From Sanchytrium tribonematis (Eukaryota), in contig JADGIG010000008.1 in the NCBI GenBank assembly GCA_018985235.1, forward strand, positions 44,581 through 64,580: 20,000 bases of DNA, read 5' to 3'. A program made the position numbers and the translations under genes. Of the stretch, positions 1 to 9,704 are shown piece after piece; within the stretch, counting starts at the first letter, position 1, and each line of letters begins with the position of its first letter. The notes below the pieces were generated by a model. It ran no database searches, was not told the origin of the DNA, and worked only from the letters and a program-made list of their open reading frames with translations.

Positions 1-382
1 TACGGTATTTGGCTAATCCATCTTTAAGAATGTCATTTGAAGCTACTTCTAGTTTTTTGCTGAAACCGTGGGCAGCTGATAAGTCTTGAACGTTTACAAC
101 ATTTTGCAAATGGACACGTATTTTTTCAAATTCCAATCTGTCATTATCTCCCCAAACCAGCTTTGTGGTTTCTGAGCTTGTTAGTACTGTATACAAACAA
201 TGGGGAATACCATCGAATTTCCAAATTGGTATTAATAGTGCATGAGAGGCATTTCCTAACTGCATTAGTTCAATAAGGCCATTTTGGGTACCTTCTACAT
301 CCAAGGCAATATATCTATCATCCTTTAAAAATACTAAGTTATTTTCAATTTCATTTTCAGTAAAACAATACAATATTTTCAT
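1..382 (-). CDS. DEDD-family 3'-5' exonuclease domain protein (WRN-exo/EXD-like); partial, runs off the window start
   Basis: Not in the ORF track; translated by hand from the ATG at 382-380: MKILYCFTENEIENNLVFLKDDRYIALDVEGTQNGLIELMQLGNASHALLIPIWKFDGIPHCLYTVLTSSETTKLVWGDNDRLEFEK..., with no stop down to base 1. It has the ExoI motif IALDVE, followed by the LMQLG strand, the L..vL.s....K segment and an ExoII-like Asp typical of DNA_pol_A_exo1 domains. Confidence 0.75.
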   Translation of the reverse strand, partial: MKILYCFTENEIENNLVFLKDDRYIALDVEGTQNGLIELMQLGNASHALLIPIWKFDGIPHCLYTVLTSSETTKLVWGDNDRLEFEKIRVHLQNVVNVQDLSAAHGFSKKLEVASNDILKDGLAKYR

Positions 383-534
383 TAGTTTCAGAATTGATTA
401 TAAAATTTTAAAATATTACCACCATAATCCATGGAGCTTCGAATAATTACATAAATTTCTAAAAATTGCACTGGCGATTGGTTTTTTGCAGGAGTTTTTG
501 CCGATGCCAACTTGAAACGTAAATTTTGTAACCA

Positions 535-1158
535 ATGATTTCTAATAACAATTACGGTAGAGTAACAACGGAATGGGAAGACGCTTTGGTAAATCATGGA
601 ATTTTAGAAAGAAAAGAAGAGGTTCAATCAGAGGAAGAAATTACAACAGAAGATCCGTATGCTGGGCTAGAAAAGGACGATATCGATATTTTACTTGAAG
701 AATGTGGAGAACAAGAAGAGCAGATATTACAAAAGCTCAAACAAGAAAGAATTAAGGAAATGACGGCAAAATTAAATATTAAATTTGGAAGTGTCCACCA
801 CATCTCTCAGACTGAATACAAGGAAGAAGTCACAATTGCTAGTAAAACTGACATTGTCGTAGTTCTGTTGTTCGATGGTTCAGAAGACTCTCAGATTCTA
901 AATAGATTTCTTGATCGTGCCTCTGCGGAATTCGGTAATGTCAAATTTTGTGCTATTCCAGGTAAGACTGCAATCGCAAATTATCCAGCCAAAAATATTC
1001 CCACCATTCTAGTTTATGACAACGAATATCCGGTTTCTCAATTAATTAGAGTTGTCCCTGGTTTGAAAACTAACAACTATTCTGAATTTGCTAATTACCT
1101 TAAAGTTTATGCATCAATTAAAAGTTTAACTAAAAAGGATTCAGAAGAAAATGAGTAA
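535..1158 (+). CDS. PLP2: Phosducin-like protein (PhLP2/PDCL3 family; CCT co-chaperone), 207 aa
   Basis: N-terminal TEWEDALVNHGIL matches the family TEWNDILRxxGI motif. Also present are KFGSVHHISQTEYKEEVT and NYPAKNIPTILVY in a thioredoxin-like fold. Confidence 0.88.
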   Translation: MISNNNYGRVTTEWEDALVNHGILERKEEVQSEEEITTEDPYAGLEKDDIDILLEECGEQEEQILQKLKQERIKEMTAKLNIKFGSVHHISQTEYKEEVTIASKTDIVVVLLFDGSEDSQILNRFLDRASAEFGNVKFCAIPGKTAIANYPAKNIPTILVYDNEYPVSQLIRVVPGLKTNNYSEFANYLKVYASIKSLTKKDSEENE

Positions 1159-1204
1159 TTTTTCTATTAATAAATTTTGTTTAAGAATTTTTTTGAAACT
1201 TTCA

Positions 1205-2113
1205 ATGAACAACAATAGATTGAGGACTTTTGTTGTCTTAAGAAATTTGAAAATATTTATATCCTCGAAATACTTTGGACGAATAGTTTTTGTGGTCAGT
1301 CTCGTCCTGGTCGCTAAAAAATTTAAGCCTGCGATATACAATTTTATTAATACAAAGATAATCAATCCTATTGTACTACTTGGATACCCAGCTTTTTACA
1401 AGGATGTCAATGAATCTCTTGAAAAAAGTAAACCAGAATTTGTTGATCTAGTCCCAAATGCCATGAGAACTTCATTTCGAAAAATATTGGGAATTGCTGA
1501 TTCTGGTAACACTGGCAATCAGTTGTGGTGGGATAGAATGATGAGTAATATTTTGTCCAATCTAGATCAGTACGTCATACAAATTGAAGATCAGCTCAAG
1601 GATGAGGTCAGTAAAACATTGAACGACTCCAAAGAGAATATCACCCAAGCCGTAATACGCGGGGCACAAAGTTATTTGCATTTAAACATTGACCATGTCA
1701 ATGCCATTAATTATGTACACTGTGCAACATGGAAGGAATGGATCAGAATAACTGCTGAGGATTTACTACAAGCTATTTTGATTGAAGTAAACCTGGAAAT
1801 TCACGAGCAAACATTGAGAATAATAAGCGAGATGAAGATGAAATTACCATCTTGGTTACCGCAACAATTTACTTCGATTCTTCCCGGTGAGCTTGTTTCC
1901 CCTCCAGCATATATTCCAAATAACATAATTGAACGGATTTGGAAATGGATTCAGGAACTTGAAGTTTCAATATTAAAGCAAATCCATGAGCTAATAGAAA
2001 ACGAAGTTGATGGGACGGAGAAAAGACTTTGCCAAATTACTGAAAAAAGACTCCGCGAATCGATGCAATTAAAATTAGGATTTACCGGGATCAATATGTT
2101 ACAGCCACTGTAG
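1205..2113 (+). CDS. Hypothetical, largely helical protein with a basic N-terminus and one predicted TM/anchor segment
   Basis: Long open frame (1151..2113) in an AT-rich background. The ATG at 1205 is preferred because the ATG at 1151 overlaps the end of PLP2. The hydrophobic stretch YFGRIVFVVSLVLVA follows an Arg/Lys-rich leader. No family recognised. Confidence 0.65.
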   Translation: MNNNRLRTFVVLRNLKIFISSKYFGRIVFVVSLVLVAKKFKPAIYNFINTKIINPIVLLGYPAFYKDVNESLEKSKPEFVDLVPNAMRTSFRKILGIADSGNTGNQLWWDRMMSNILSNLDQYVIQIEDQLKDEVSKTLNDSKENITQAVIRGAQSYLHLNIDHVNAINYVHCATWKEWIRITAEDLLQAILIEVNLEIHEQTLRIISEMKMKLPSWLPQQFTSILPGELVSPPAYIPNNIIERIWKWIQELEVSILKQIHELIENEVDGTEKRLCQITEKRLRESMQLKLGFTGINMLQPL

Positions 2114-2177
2114 TGCCAATTTTCTTACAACTATCGTTTTGGATAGAATTCCAGTCTCAAAATAAATATACAAAGTG

Positions 2178-5100
2178 ATGAGTAAACTCCCCTTGTGTCT
2201 CACAATGGATGATGTTGAATCTTTTAAACGAATTTCTCCATCACAAAGAGGCTACATAATCTGCGCAACTGCACTTATTCCTGTTGCAATTTTGTTTCCG
2301 AAACAGAACTTATATACAGCTTTGTCGGGTGTGACAGGCTTAATCATAATTCTTGCTACCGTTCTAGGGTCAATTTGGTCGATTCATTTTAAAAAGTTTA
2401 TGTGGTATCAAGATGACAATAATGGCAAATTTTGCTTTATGCAACCCAGGCTACATCGCGGACAAGCAGATATCGTCCAAATTCAAGATCAAATTTTGGA
2501 ATTTCAAAAGATGAAATTTAGGTTTGACAATGGCAAATTACAGCGTATAGTTCCTCGGCTAGAATTTTCTGTGGATGAACTGGTTAGCCACAAAGGTATC
2601 ACTGACGCTAGCAATTTGATTGAAAAATTTGGCGAAAATCATTTTCAAATTCCCGTCCCGACCTTCATTGAATTGTTTAAAGATCATTTGGTGAAGCCTT
2701 TTTTTCTATTTCAAATATTTTGCGTTACCCTTTGGATGTTTGACGAAATGTGGTATTATTCACTTTTTACTTTAGTTATGCTATTTGTTTTCGAGGCGAC
2801 GGTTGTCATGCAAAGACTACGCACATTAAATGAATTCCATCAAATGCAACACCCACCTTTTGATGTTTTTTGCTATAGAAGCAAAAAATGGACTAAAGTA
2901 TCCACTAGAAAATTAGTTCCAGGAGATGTTATATCCATCGGCACTTCCCAAGATATCAAGGTAGAACAACAGGCTAGTATTCGTAACCCAGTCAAACAAG
3001 TTGTTACAATTGAAACATTAGTTCCTTGTGATGCCATTCTTTTAAAGCATTCTTGTGTAGTTAACGAAGCTATTTTAAGTGGGGAATCGACTCCTGTTTT
3101 AAAGGAATCAATATTGATTAGAAATGGACAAGATCTTATCAACAACAATTCGAAATTGCACATGATATACGGTGGTACGCAGGTATTGCAAATTTCGGAA
3201 CAAACTGGCGACTTCAACACTGGTTTTAATATACCGAATGCACCTGACAATGGCGTTGTAGCGCAAGTTTTGGTAACTGGATTTAACACCACTCAGGGTG
3301 AATTAGTTAGAACAATGGTTTTTTCAAGTGAACCTGTTTCTGCGAATTCAAAAGAGGCATTTGTTTTCATTTTATTTCTATTGATTTTCGCGATCACAGC
3401 CGCGCTTTATGTTTGGCATGTAGGAAGTCAAGAACCCACAAGGGATAAGTGGAAGCTTTTTTTGAATTGTGTGATGATTGTTACTAGTTGTGTACCCCCT
3501 GAACTTCCTATGGAACTGTCGTTGGCCGTCAACACTTCATTAATGAGTTTGGCTAGACTCGCCATATTTAGTACCGAACCTTTCAGAATACCATTTGCAG
3601 GGAGAGTCGACGTTTGCTGCTTCGATAAAACCGGAACCTTGACCGAGGAAAAATTGCAAGTGGAAGGAATAGTTATCGAGGATAATCTTGTAACTAAAAC
3701 AAGCGAAATTGACGATTCGACCAAAATAGCCCTTTCAACAGCTCATTCGTTGGTTAAATTAGAAGAAAAGAACGAGATCGTGGGCGATTCGATGGAAAAA
3801 GCTGTTCAAGAATGGCTTGGATTCGATCTTGACAAAGATTTTATTAAATGCTCGGACAGAATTCAAGTTTTAAGAAGATTCCCGTTCTCTTCAGCTTTGG
3901 CAAGAATGGCTACTTTTTGCAGACAAAGTGATGGCGCCTACTTGACAAGTGTAAAAGGTGCACCTGAAAGACTTCGTGAACTTTTTGTTGATATTCCGGA
4001 AAATTATGATGATGTTTTTCAAACTTATGCGCAACAAGGTGGCAGAGTGATTGCAATAGGATTCAAAAAAGAGTATCGAAAATTCAGCTCCAAAGAAATC
4101 AAAGATTTGGAGCTTTCAACCATAGAAAAGGGTCTTACATTCTGCGGGTTTTTGGTATTAAAATCGCCCTTAAAAAAAGATGCTCTTGAAACAATCATTG
4201 AACTTAAGCAATCTTCTCACCATGTCGTTATGATTACAGGAGACAACTCTTTGACAGCTTGCCATGTGGCGAAACAACTTCAAATCTGTGACAAGAGTAT
4301 TGTCTTAATAACCGAAAGAGGTGGAAAATTAATAATAGAGGATGAAGACAAAAAACTGTACAATGATTTTAGTGACATTAACAGATATAAGCATAACATA
4401 TGTGTTACTGGCAAAGGCTTCGACTTAGTGCTAAAGTCTTCAATTGCGGAAGATTCCACATGGATTGCCAAAGTTGATGTTTGGGCCAGAGTCAGTCCAG
4501 ATCAAAAAGAATTTATAATCACACAGCTAAAAGAGCTAGGACTTTTTACACTAATGGCAGGAGATGGCACCAATGATGTGGGAGCATTAAAACAAGCTCA
4601 TGTTGGTGTTGCTTTACTTAATGGAACAGAGGAGGATCTTGACAAAATCAACAAAATTGCTAGAATTCAGAGATTGAAGCAAGTTTGGGAGAAACAGTCA
4701 GAAATTGCGAAGCGATTTGGTCAACCTAGTCCTCCGCAACCTCCTGAACTTAAGAGATATCTTGAAGAAAAAAATGAGAAAAATGTAAGCAAAACTCTCG
4801 CCAATCGGGAAAAACCCACAACGGTGGAAGAAAAACGCCAACACGCAATGCAAAATATGCTTGCATCTCTAGAAAGTGTTGACGATGATGAAGTGCCTGT
4901 GTTGAAATTTGGAGATGCTTCTATTGCAGCACCGTTCACAAGCAAACTATCTCAGGTTAAAGCAATTGCTCACATTATAAGGCAAGGTAGATGTACACTG
5001 GTAACAACTATTCAGATGTATAAAATTTTAGCTCTTAATTGTCTCATATCGGCCTACTCTATGTCAGTTCTTTATCTACAAGGAATTAAATGGGGAGATT

Positions 5101-5703
5101 GGCAAATGACAATTCAAGGTATTTTACTAAGCATTTGCTTCCTTTGCATCAGTAAAGGTAAGCCTTTAGATAAGCTGTCCAGAGAAAGACCCCAAGGAAA
5201 TATCTTTAATTGGTATGTATTATTAAGTGTGTTAGGACAAACTTTAATTCATGGAATCTGCTTTTATCAAGTTACTGCACAGGTACATGCAATTGAAGGG
5301 GAGCTTGAATTCGATTTTGAAAATAAGAAAAAATTTGAACCCTCTCTGCTCAATACTTGTATATATCTTCTTTCAATGTCAATGCAAGTCAGCACATTCT
5401 GGGTTAATTACATAGGTCGTCCATTTCGAGAAGATATTAGAGAAAACTCGTTACTGTATAGAGGGCTGTTAGCTGGAATTGGTGTAGCTTTTGCTGGAGT
5501 TTTAGAAATATTTTCAGACTTTAATAATTTCTTGCAACTAGTTCCTCTCTTTGATGTAATTTTGATTCATTTAGCTGAAAAATTATCTGGGTGCTGTAAT
5601 GTTGTTTGATTTTTTTGGTTCTTTCATTTGGGAAAAGTTGTGTTTTAAATTCTTTTCTGATTCTGGTAGAAACAAGATTAACGAGTTTTTAGATTTGGAA
5701 TAA
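2178..5703 (+). CDS. SPF1: P5A-type ATPase (Spf1/ATP13A1, ER transmembrane-helix dislocase); exons 2178-5555 and 5575-5703, about 1168 aa (start may be the ATG at 2205)
   Basis: Motifs PPELPMEL (P5A TM4), DKTGTLT (phosphorylation site), SGES, MITGDN, GDGTNDVGALKQA and GDASIAAPFTSK. Removing the 19-nt intron gives the tail LKNYLGAVMLFDFFGSFIWEKLCFKFFSDSGRNKINEFLDLE*, which supplies the final TM helix and resembles the yeast Spf1 LLLDFFGSWGVEHFFKFFF segment. Confidence 0.96.
5556..5574 (+). other. 19-nt spliceosomal intron in SPF1 (GTAATTTTGATTCATTTAG), phase 0
   Basis: GT...AG boundaries. Excision restores the conserved last TM segment and gives a stop at 5701-5703. Confidence 0.9.
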
Positions 5704-5713
5704 ATTTTTCATC

Positions 5714-5851
5714 ATGAAACGATGGCATGATTTTAAAGAAACGTACGAGTTGATAACATCAAAATCCCAAGTGGAGGCCAGAAAAAAGTTCCAATTTCAT
5801 ACTGAGGTTGACTTGACAACATTTATTGATTCTTTAAATAAACCTGAATAA
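5714..5851 (+). CDS. Candidate 45-aa microprotein MKRWHDFKETYELITSKSQVEARKKFQFHTEVDLTTFIDSLNKPE
   Basis: ATG-to-TAA frame covering 138 of the 160 bp between the SPF1 and CSC1 stops. It leaves gaps of 10 and 12 bp, like the other tight gaps in the window. Too short for the ORF track. Confidence 0.45.
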   Translation: MKRWHDFKETYELITSKSQVEARKKFQFHTEVDLTTFIDSLNKPE

Positions 5852-5863
5852 TTTATTAAAAAT

Positions 5864-8446
5864 TTAGCCATTACGGTTGTGAAAGCTTAAAACGGAATTT
5901 GATTCTGAGTGTAATCTTGACCTACCTGCGTACGAAGCTTGTGATGAATTTGATCCATGGAGACTATTGGAAGAAATCATATGTCCGGGCCCAGATGATG
6001 CTTGAGGTGATCTGCTTTGATATTGCGAAGTTTGGTGATTTTGCTGTTGCAATAAATAGGAGCTTTGTAGACTTGATGAAGATCCCATCTGCCTCGGACC
6101 AGAAGAAGGTTGTAGTACTCTACTTTGGTAAGGTGGAACTGGGTAATTTTGCTGTTGAAACGGTATTGGTCCTGGTTGGGCTCTTCCTTGATTTGTTGGA
6201 TTTTGATAATTTGGTTGCCGCAATGACTGCGAACTTCCATAATGCTGCTCTTTATATTTCTGCATTAGGGGGAAATCTTCTGATACCGTATTTGCGCCAT
6301 TAAATGTCGTTGTTGACTGAGACCAATCATTCGCCGCCATTCCGATAGTTCCTTTTAAATAAGGCAGCAACAATGGTTGCATTTTCGGATCGAGCATCGC
6401 GGCCTCCGGCTCGCTAAAATATAATGGATGTAGAATTTGAAACTTTTCTTCTTCACGGGCCTCGTCTTTTGGAATCTTAAATTTTCGCTTTAAAGTTCTT
6501 TTTTGAATCAAAAAGCCTATAAAAGTAGCAATAAACAAACTCATTAGAAGGTAACTTTGAATATTAGCATCGTAAACTCTGAAAAGCAAAATCAAAATTG
6601 CTTGACTAAATAACAAAGCTGCATATATTCTGTTAAATACTAGGGGCCAAAAACTGCCAGCTGTATCGCTATCGGAGCTGAAGACATAAATGACTTGATA
6701 TTTGTAAACAACATAAGAAATTCCAAAGAAGAACAATCCGAATACCAAAATAATAGGATGTATAGTAGCATATGCAATAGCTAGAAAAAACATAAAAAGA
6801 TTACTTGTCAGAACGACGTCATGTCTAAATTTTGGGGGCTTCAACAATTCTTTGTATTCTCTTGCAGTTGGATTTGACCATCGCATTTTGATTTTTAACA
6901 TTATAAAAGGTAAAAATCTGGCGAGATCGATGGGGATGGAGCCCGGTCCATTCAAAGTTAACCAGTTGATCCAATAAATTCCCTTGTTCGCAACATTATA
7001 AGCAATGCTGATTGTGAACTTATTAAAAGTCTCGTACGCAGCTTGAGCTGAGGTTACAGTTTTAAACTGAGTCAAAGACCAGATTGACCCACTCAACGTG
7101 AATAATAAATAATATCCAATTATGAAAAATGAAAATAACTTTCTCATCGTTGCTTTTTGGATTTCTGTGTTGGTTGGTTCAGCTTGTAAATTTGCAATAA
7201 AATAAAAGATGTCTGGAATGAAGATCAATAGTAATTTCAAAAGTAGCGGTGTCAAGACACTTTGAATAAATGCCGCAAATTTCGGATAATCTGAAACTAA
7301 TGTTGCTATAAAAGGCAAGTAGCCACTTAGGACATGGAGGTCCGTAAGAGGAGCGAGAAAAATAATTGGAATCATCCAAAAACATACTAAACCTAGTGTC
7401 AATAGTCTACCTATAAGTCTTCTTGACTTTATCTCGGCAGGCACCATTTTGACATTATTCCACACAATATCGTTTACATCAACTGCATGGTATGGAGTCC
7501 ATTCACTACTTCTAAGAATACTTTTAGAGCTTGCTTCATAAGCATCCTCAGGATCTCTAAATATTCCAAATCCCGAAGGCAAGTATTGGATACTTGTAAG
7601 TCCTTTTTGCTGCTGATCAAAGATCGTTTGCTTCAGATTAGTTAAATCGTCAATCATACGTATTGCCACGTCTGGATTGTCTGGATTTTCGTGGCAGAAC
7701 TTCTCTAACTTGCTCAAATTCGCATTATACTTTGCAAATAGTTTAACTAGCTCAGATGGGTCAGAAAGTAATATACCAGTACATTGAATGTTATGCTTTT
7801 TGTAAACGTGCCTATCAATGACAAATGGCTTATTTTTGTTTGAAATCCCAGTATAGAAAACTAACTTTGAGGTGTTGTAAAAGTTTGTCACATATCTTTG
7901 TCTAACTGTTATGTAATAGTGCCACATATTGACGGTAAAGTAGAATACAAGACCTGTTATGAAATACATTATTGCAGTATGTGCATAGAGGTAATCAGGA
8001 CTCCCGACTAATGTAAGAAGTGAAATATTGTTTAAATCCGCATTAACACCAACCCTTTTTCCTGAAAGATGAATAGGAATGAGCACGATTAAACATACAG
8101 GTGTCAAAATCAAGAACAATTTGAGAAACATTCGCAAGACTTTGATTGTTAAAAGCCCATCCACCCCAGATGTATTAACAATAATATCATCATCTAATCT
8201 GATGAGTTCATAAATCCATTTAAATGTAAAAGACAACTTTGGCGGATGCTTTTCTTCTTTTAAAACGTAGTAATTAGGTTGATAAATCTTCTTATTCTTC
8301 GGTCGCAATAATGTAAATGCCAATATGGCTGCTATTCCGGTTATACTAGCAAAAAGGAATTGAATGAACACACCAAACAAATCATTTGCTTGACTGTTAG
8401 AATCCTGTAAAGAATTCAAAGTGTCGTCAATATTTTGACTAGACAT
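5864..8446 (-). CDS. CSC1/OSCA/TMEM63 (RSN1/PHM7-like) osmo/mechanosensitive channel family protein, 860 aa, with a Q/S/P-rich C-terminal tail
   Basis: N-terminal TM followed by LRPKNKKIYQP, SGVDGLL..LR, IVLIPIH, DIVWNN, a multi-TM RSN1_7TM region, PIILVFGLFFFGISYVVYKYQVIYVF and DTAGSFWPLVFNR. Confidence 0.92.
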   Translation of the reverse strand: MSSQNIDDTLNSLQDSNSQANDLFGVFIQFLFASITGIAAILAFTLLRPKNKKIYQPNYYVLKEEKHPPKLSFTFKWIYELIRLDDDIIVNTSGVDGLLTIKVLRMFLKLFLILTPVCLIVLIPIHLSGKRVGVNADLNNISLLTLVGSPDYLYAHTAIMYFITGLVFYFTVNMWHYYITVRQRYVTNFYNTSKLVFYTGISNKNKPFVIDRHVYKKHNIQCTGILLSDPSELVKLFAKYNANLSKLEKFCHENPDNPDVAIRMIDDLTNLKQTIFDQQQKGLTSIQYLPSGFGIFRDPEDAYEASSKSILRSSEWTPYHAVDVNDIVWNNVKMVPAEIKSRRLIGRLLTLGLVCFWMIPIIFLAPLTDLHVLSGYLPFIATLVSDYPKFAAFIQSVLTPLLLKLLLIFIPDIFYFIANLQAEPTNTEIQKATMRKLFSFFIIGYYLLFTLSGSIWSLTQFKTVTSAQAAYETFNKFTISIAYNVANKGIYWINWLTLNGPGSIPIDLARFLPFIMLKIKMRWSNPTAREYKELLKPPKFRHDVVLTSNLFMFFLAIAYATIHPIILVFGLFFFGISYVVYKYQVIYVFSSDSDTAGSFWPLVFNRIYAALLFSQAILILLFRVYDANIQSYLLMSLFIATFIGFLIQKRTLKRKFKIPKDEAREEEKFQILHPLYFSEPEAAMLDPKMQPLLLPYLKGTIGMAANDWSQSTTTFNGANTVSEDFPLMQKYKEQHYGSSQSLRQPNYQNPTNQGRAQPGPIPFQQQNYPVPPYQSRVLQPSSGPRQMGSSSSLQSSYLLQQQNHQTSQYQSRSPQASSGPGHMISSNSLHGSNSSQASYAGRSRLHSESNSVLSFHNRNG

Positions 8447-8621
8447 GTGTTTGAGGGGTTGGAAATGAAGGTCACTAGATCCTTTTTTGCCAGGATTGAA
8501 ACACGACGATCAATTCTCATGAGATGTACGTTACGCATCCATTAACGATGTCTCAAATATTTCTGCTCTTTATCATTCATCACAATAACAAAAATAGCGG
8601 AGAAAATTAGTGTAACTTGAA

Positions 8622-9668
8622 ATGTTGTGTGACCACTGTCAACAATGTAGAGCGATTTTATTGCGACCAAAGACGCAGCAGAAAATATGCAAAGAATGTT
8701 TCTTTACTGTCTTTGAACTTGAAGTTCACCAAACTATTGTTGAGAATAATTTGTTTAAATCTGGCGAGAAAGTTGCAATCGGGGCCTCAGGAGGAAAAGA
8801 TTCAGTAGTTCTAGCGTACATTTTGAAACTTTTAAATGAAAGGTATAATTACGGGCTAGATTTGTATATGTTAAGCATAGATGAAGGGATTTCGGGATAT
8901 AGAGATGATAGTTTGAAAGCTGTTGTTAGAAATCACAAACAATATCAAATTCCATTAAAAATATTAAGTTATGAGGAGCTTTATGGATGGACAATGGATA
9001 AAATTGTAGATAAAATTGGCCACTCGAATAATTGTTCATATTGTGGCGTTTTTCGTCGTCAGGCTCTCGACCGAGGCAGCTCGATGCTAGAAGTTGACCA
9101 GGTTGTTACAGGGCACAATGCTGATGATCTAGCCGAAACAATTCTGATGAATATTCTAAGAGGTGATATTAGTCGCTTAAGAAGATGCACAGCAATTAGT
9201 ATTGAAATGGAAGGTTACGTAAAAAGATCAAAACCATTTAAGTATACTTACGAAAAGGAAATTGTTCTTTATGCGTATTTCAAGAAATTGGATTACTTTT
9301 CCACTGAATGTACACATTCACCTGGCGCGTTTCGCGGAACTGCGAGGATCTATTTAAAAGAATTGGAAAAAATAAGACCTAGAGTTATTTTGGATATTAT
9401 ATCGAGTGGTGAGAAATTCCAAACACATGACAATAATCACCCTGCAGACCTCAAATCTTGCTCAAGATGTGGTTATATGTCTTCCCAAGACATCTGCAAG
9501 GCATGCATATTGCTAGAGGGGTTAAACAAAGGAATGCCAAAATTAGGCGTTTACAAAACTGATAAGATTCGCAAAAAGTATGATATTTCAGTAGATGACG
9601 AAAGTAATAATCTAGAAAAATTTAGCAAGAATCAGAAAAGCAGGTCAAACAATTCACTTGATTTTTAA
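8622..9668 (+). CDS. NCS6: Cytoplasmic tRNA 2-thiolation protein 1 (Ncs6/Ctu1), 348 aa
   Basis: N-terminal CxxC...CxxC, PP-loop [59 protein letters not shown], and a C-terminal [16 protein letters not shown] zinc finger. Confidence 0.97.
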   Translation: MLCDHCQQCRAILLRPKTQQKICKECFFTVFELEVHQTIVENNLFKSGEKVAIGASGGKDSVVLAYILKLLNERYNYGLDLYMLSIDEGISGYRDDSLKAVVRNHKQYQIPLKILSYEELYGWTMDKIVDKIGHSNNCSYCGVFRRQALDRGSSMLEVDQVVTGHNADDLAETILMNILRGDISRLRRCTAISIEMEGYVKRSKPFKYTYEKEIVLYAYFKKLDYFSTECTHSPGAFRGTARIYLKELEKIRPRVILDIISSGEKFQTHDNNHPADLKSCSRCGYMSSQDICKACILLEGLNKGMPKLGVYKTDKIRKKYDISVDDESNNLEKFSKNQKSRSNNSLDF

Positions 9669-9704
9669 ATTTAAAATAGTTTCTTTGTTGTCAAACTTCA
9701 GATT

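Noticed and set aside
1151..1204. True coding overlap between PLP2 and the downstream ORF
   Set aside because: The extra 18 codons look like AT-rich spacer. The in-frame ATG at 1205 gives a gap of about 46 bp, like the other tandem pairs.
2984..3001. In-frame 18-nt GTAACCCAGTCAAACAAG within an SPF1 loop insertion
   Set aside because: Not needed to keep the frame and does not match the intron consensus; most likely a coding loop.
5725..5806. C/D-box snoRNA in the SPF1-CSC1 gap (ATGATT...CTGA)
   Set aside because: The C box is degenerate, there is no convincing terminal stem, and I could not identify an rRNA-complementary guide. The sORF explains the region better.
8516..8534. 19-nt GTAACGTACATCTCATGAG on the minus strand upstream of CSC1
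   Set aside because: It ends in GAG, departs from the consensus, and splicing it does not give a frame continuous with CSC1.
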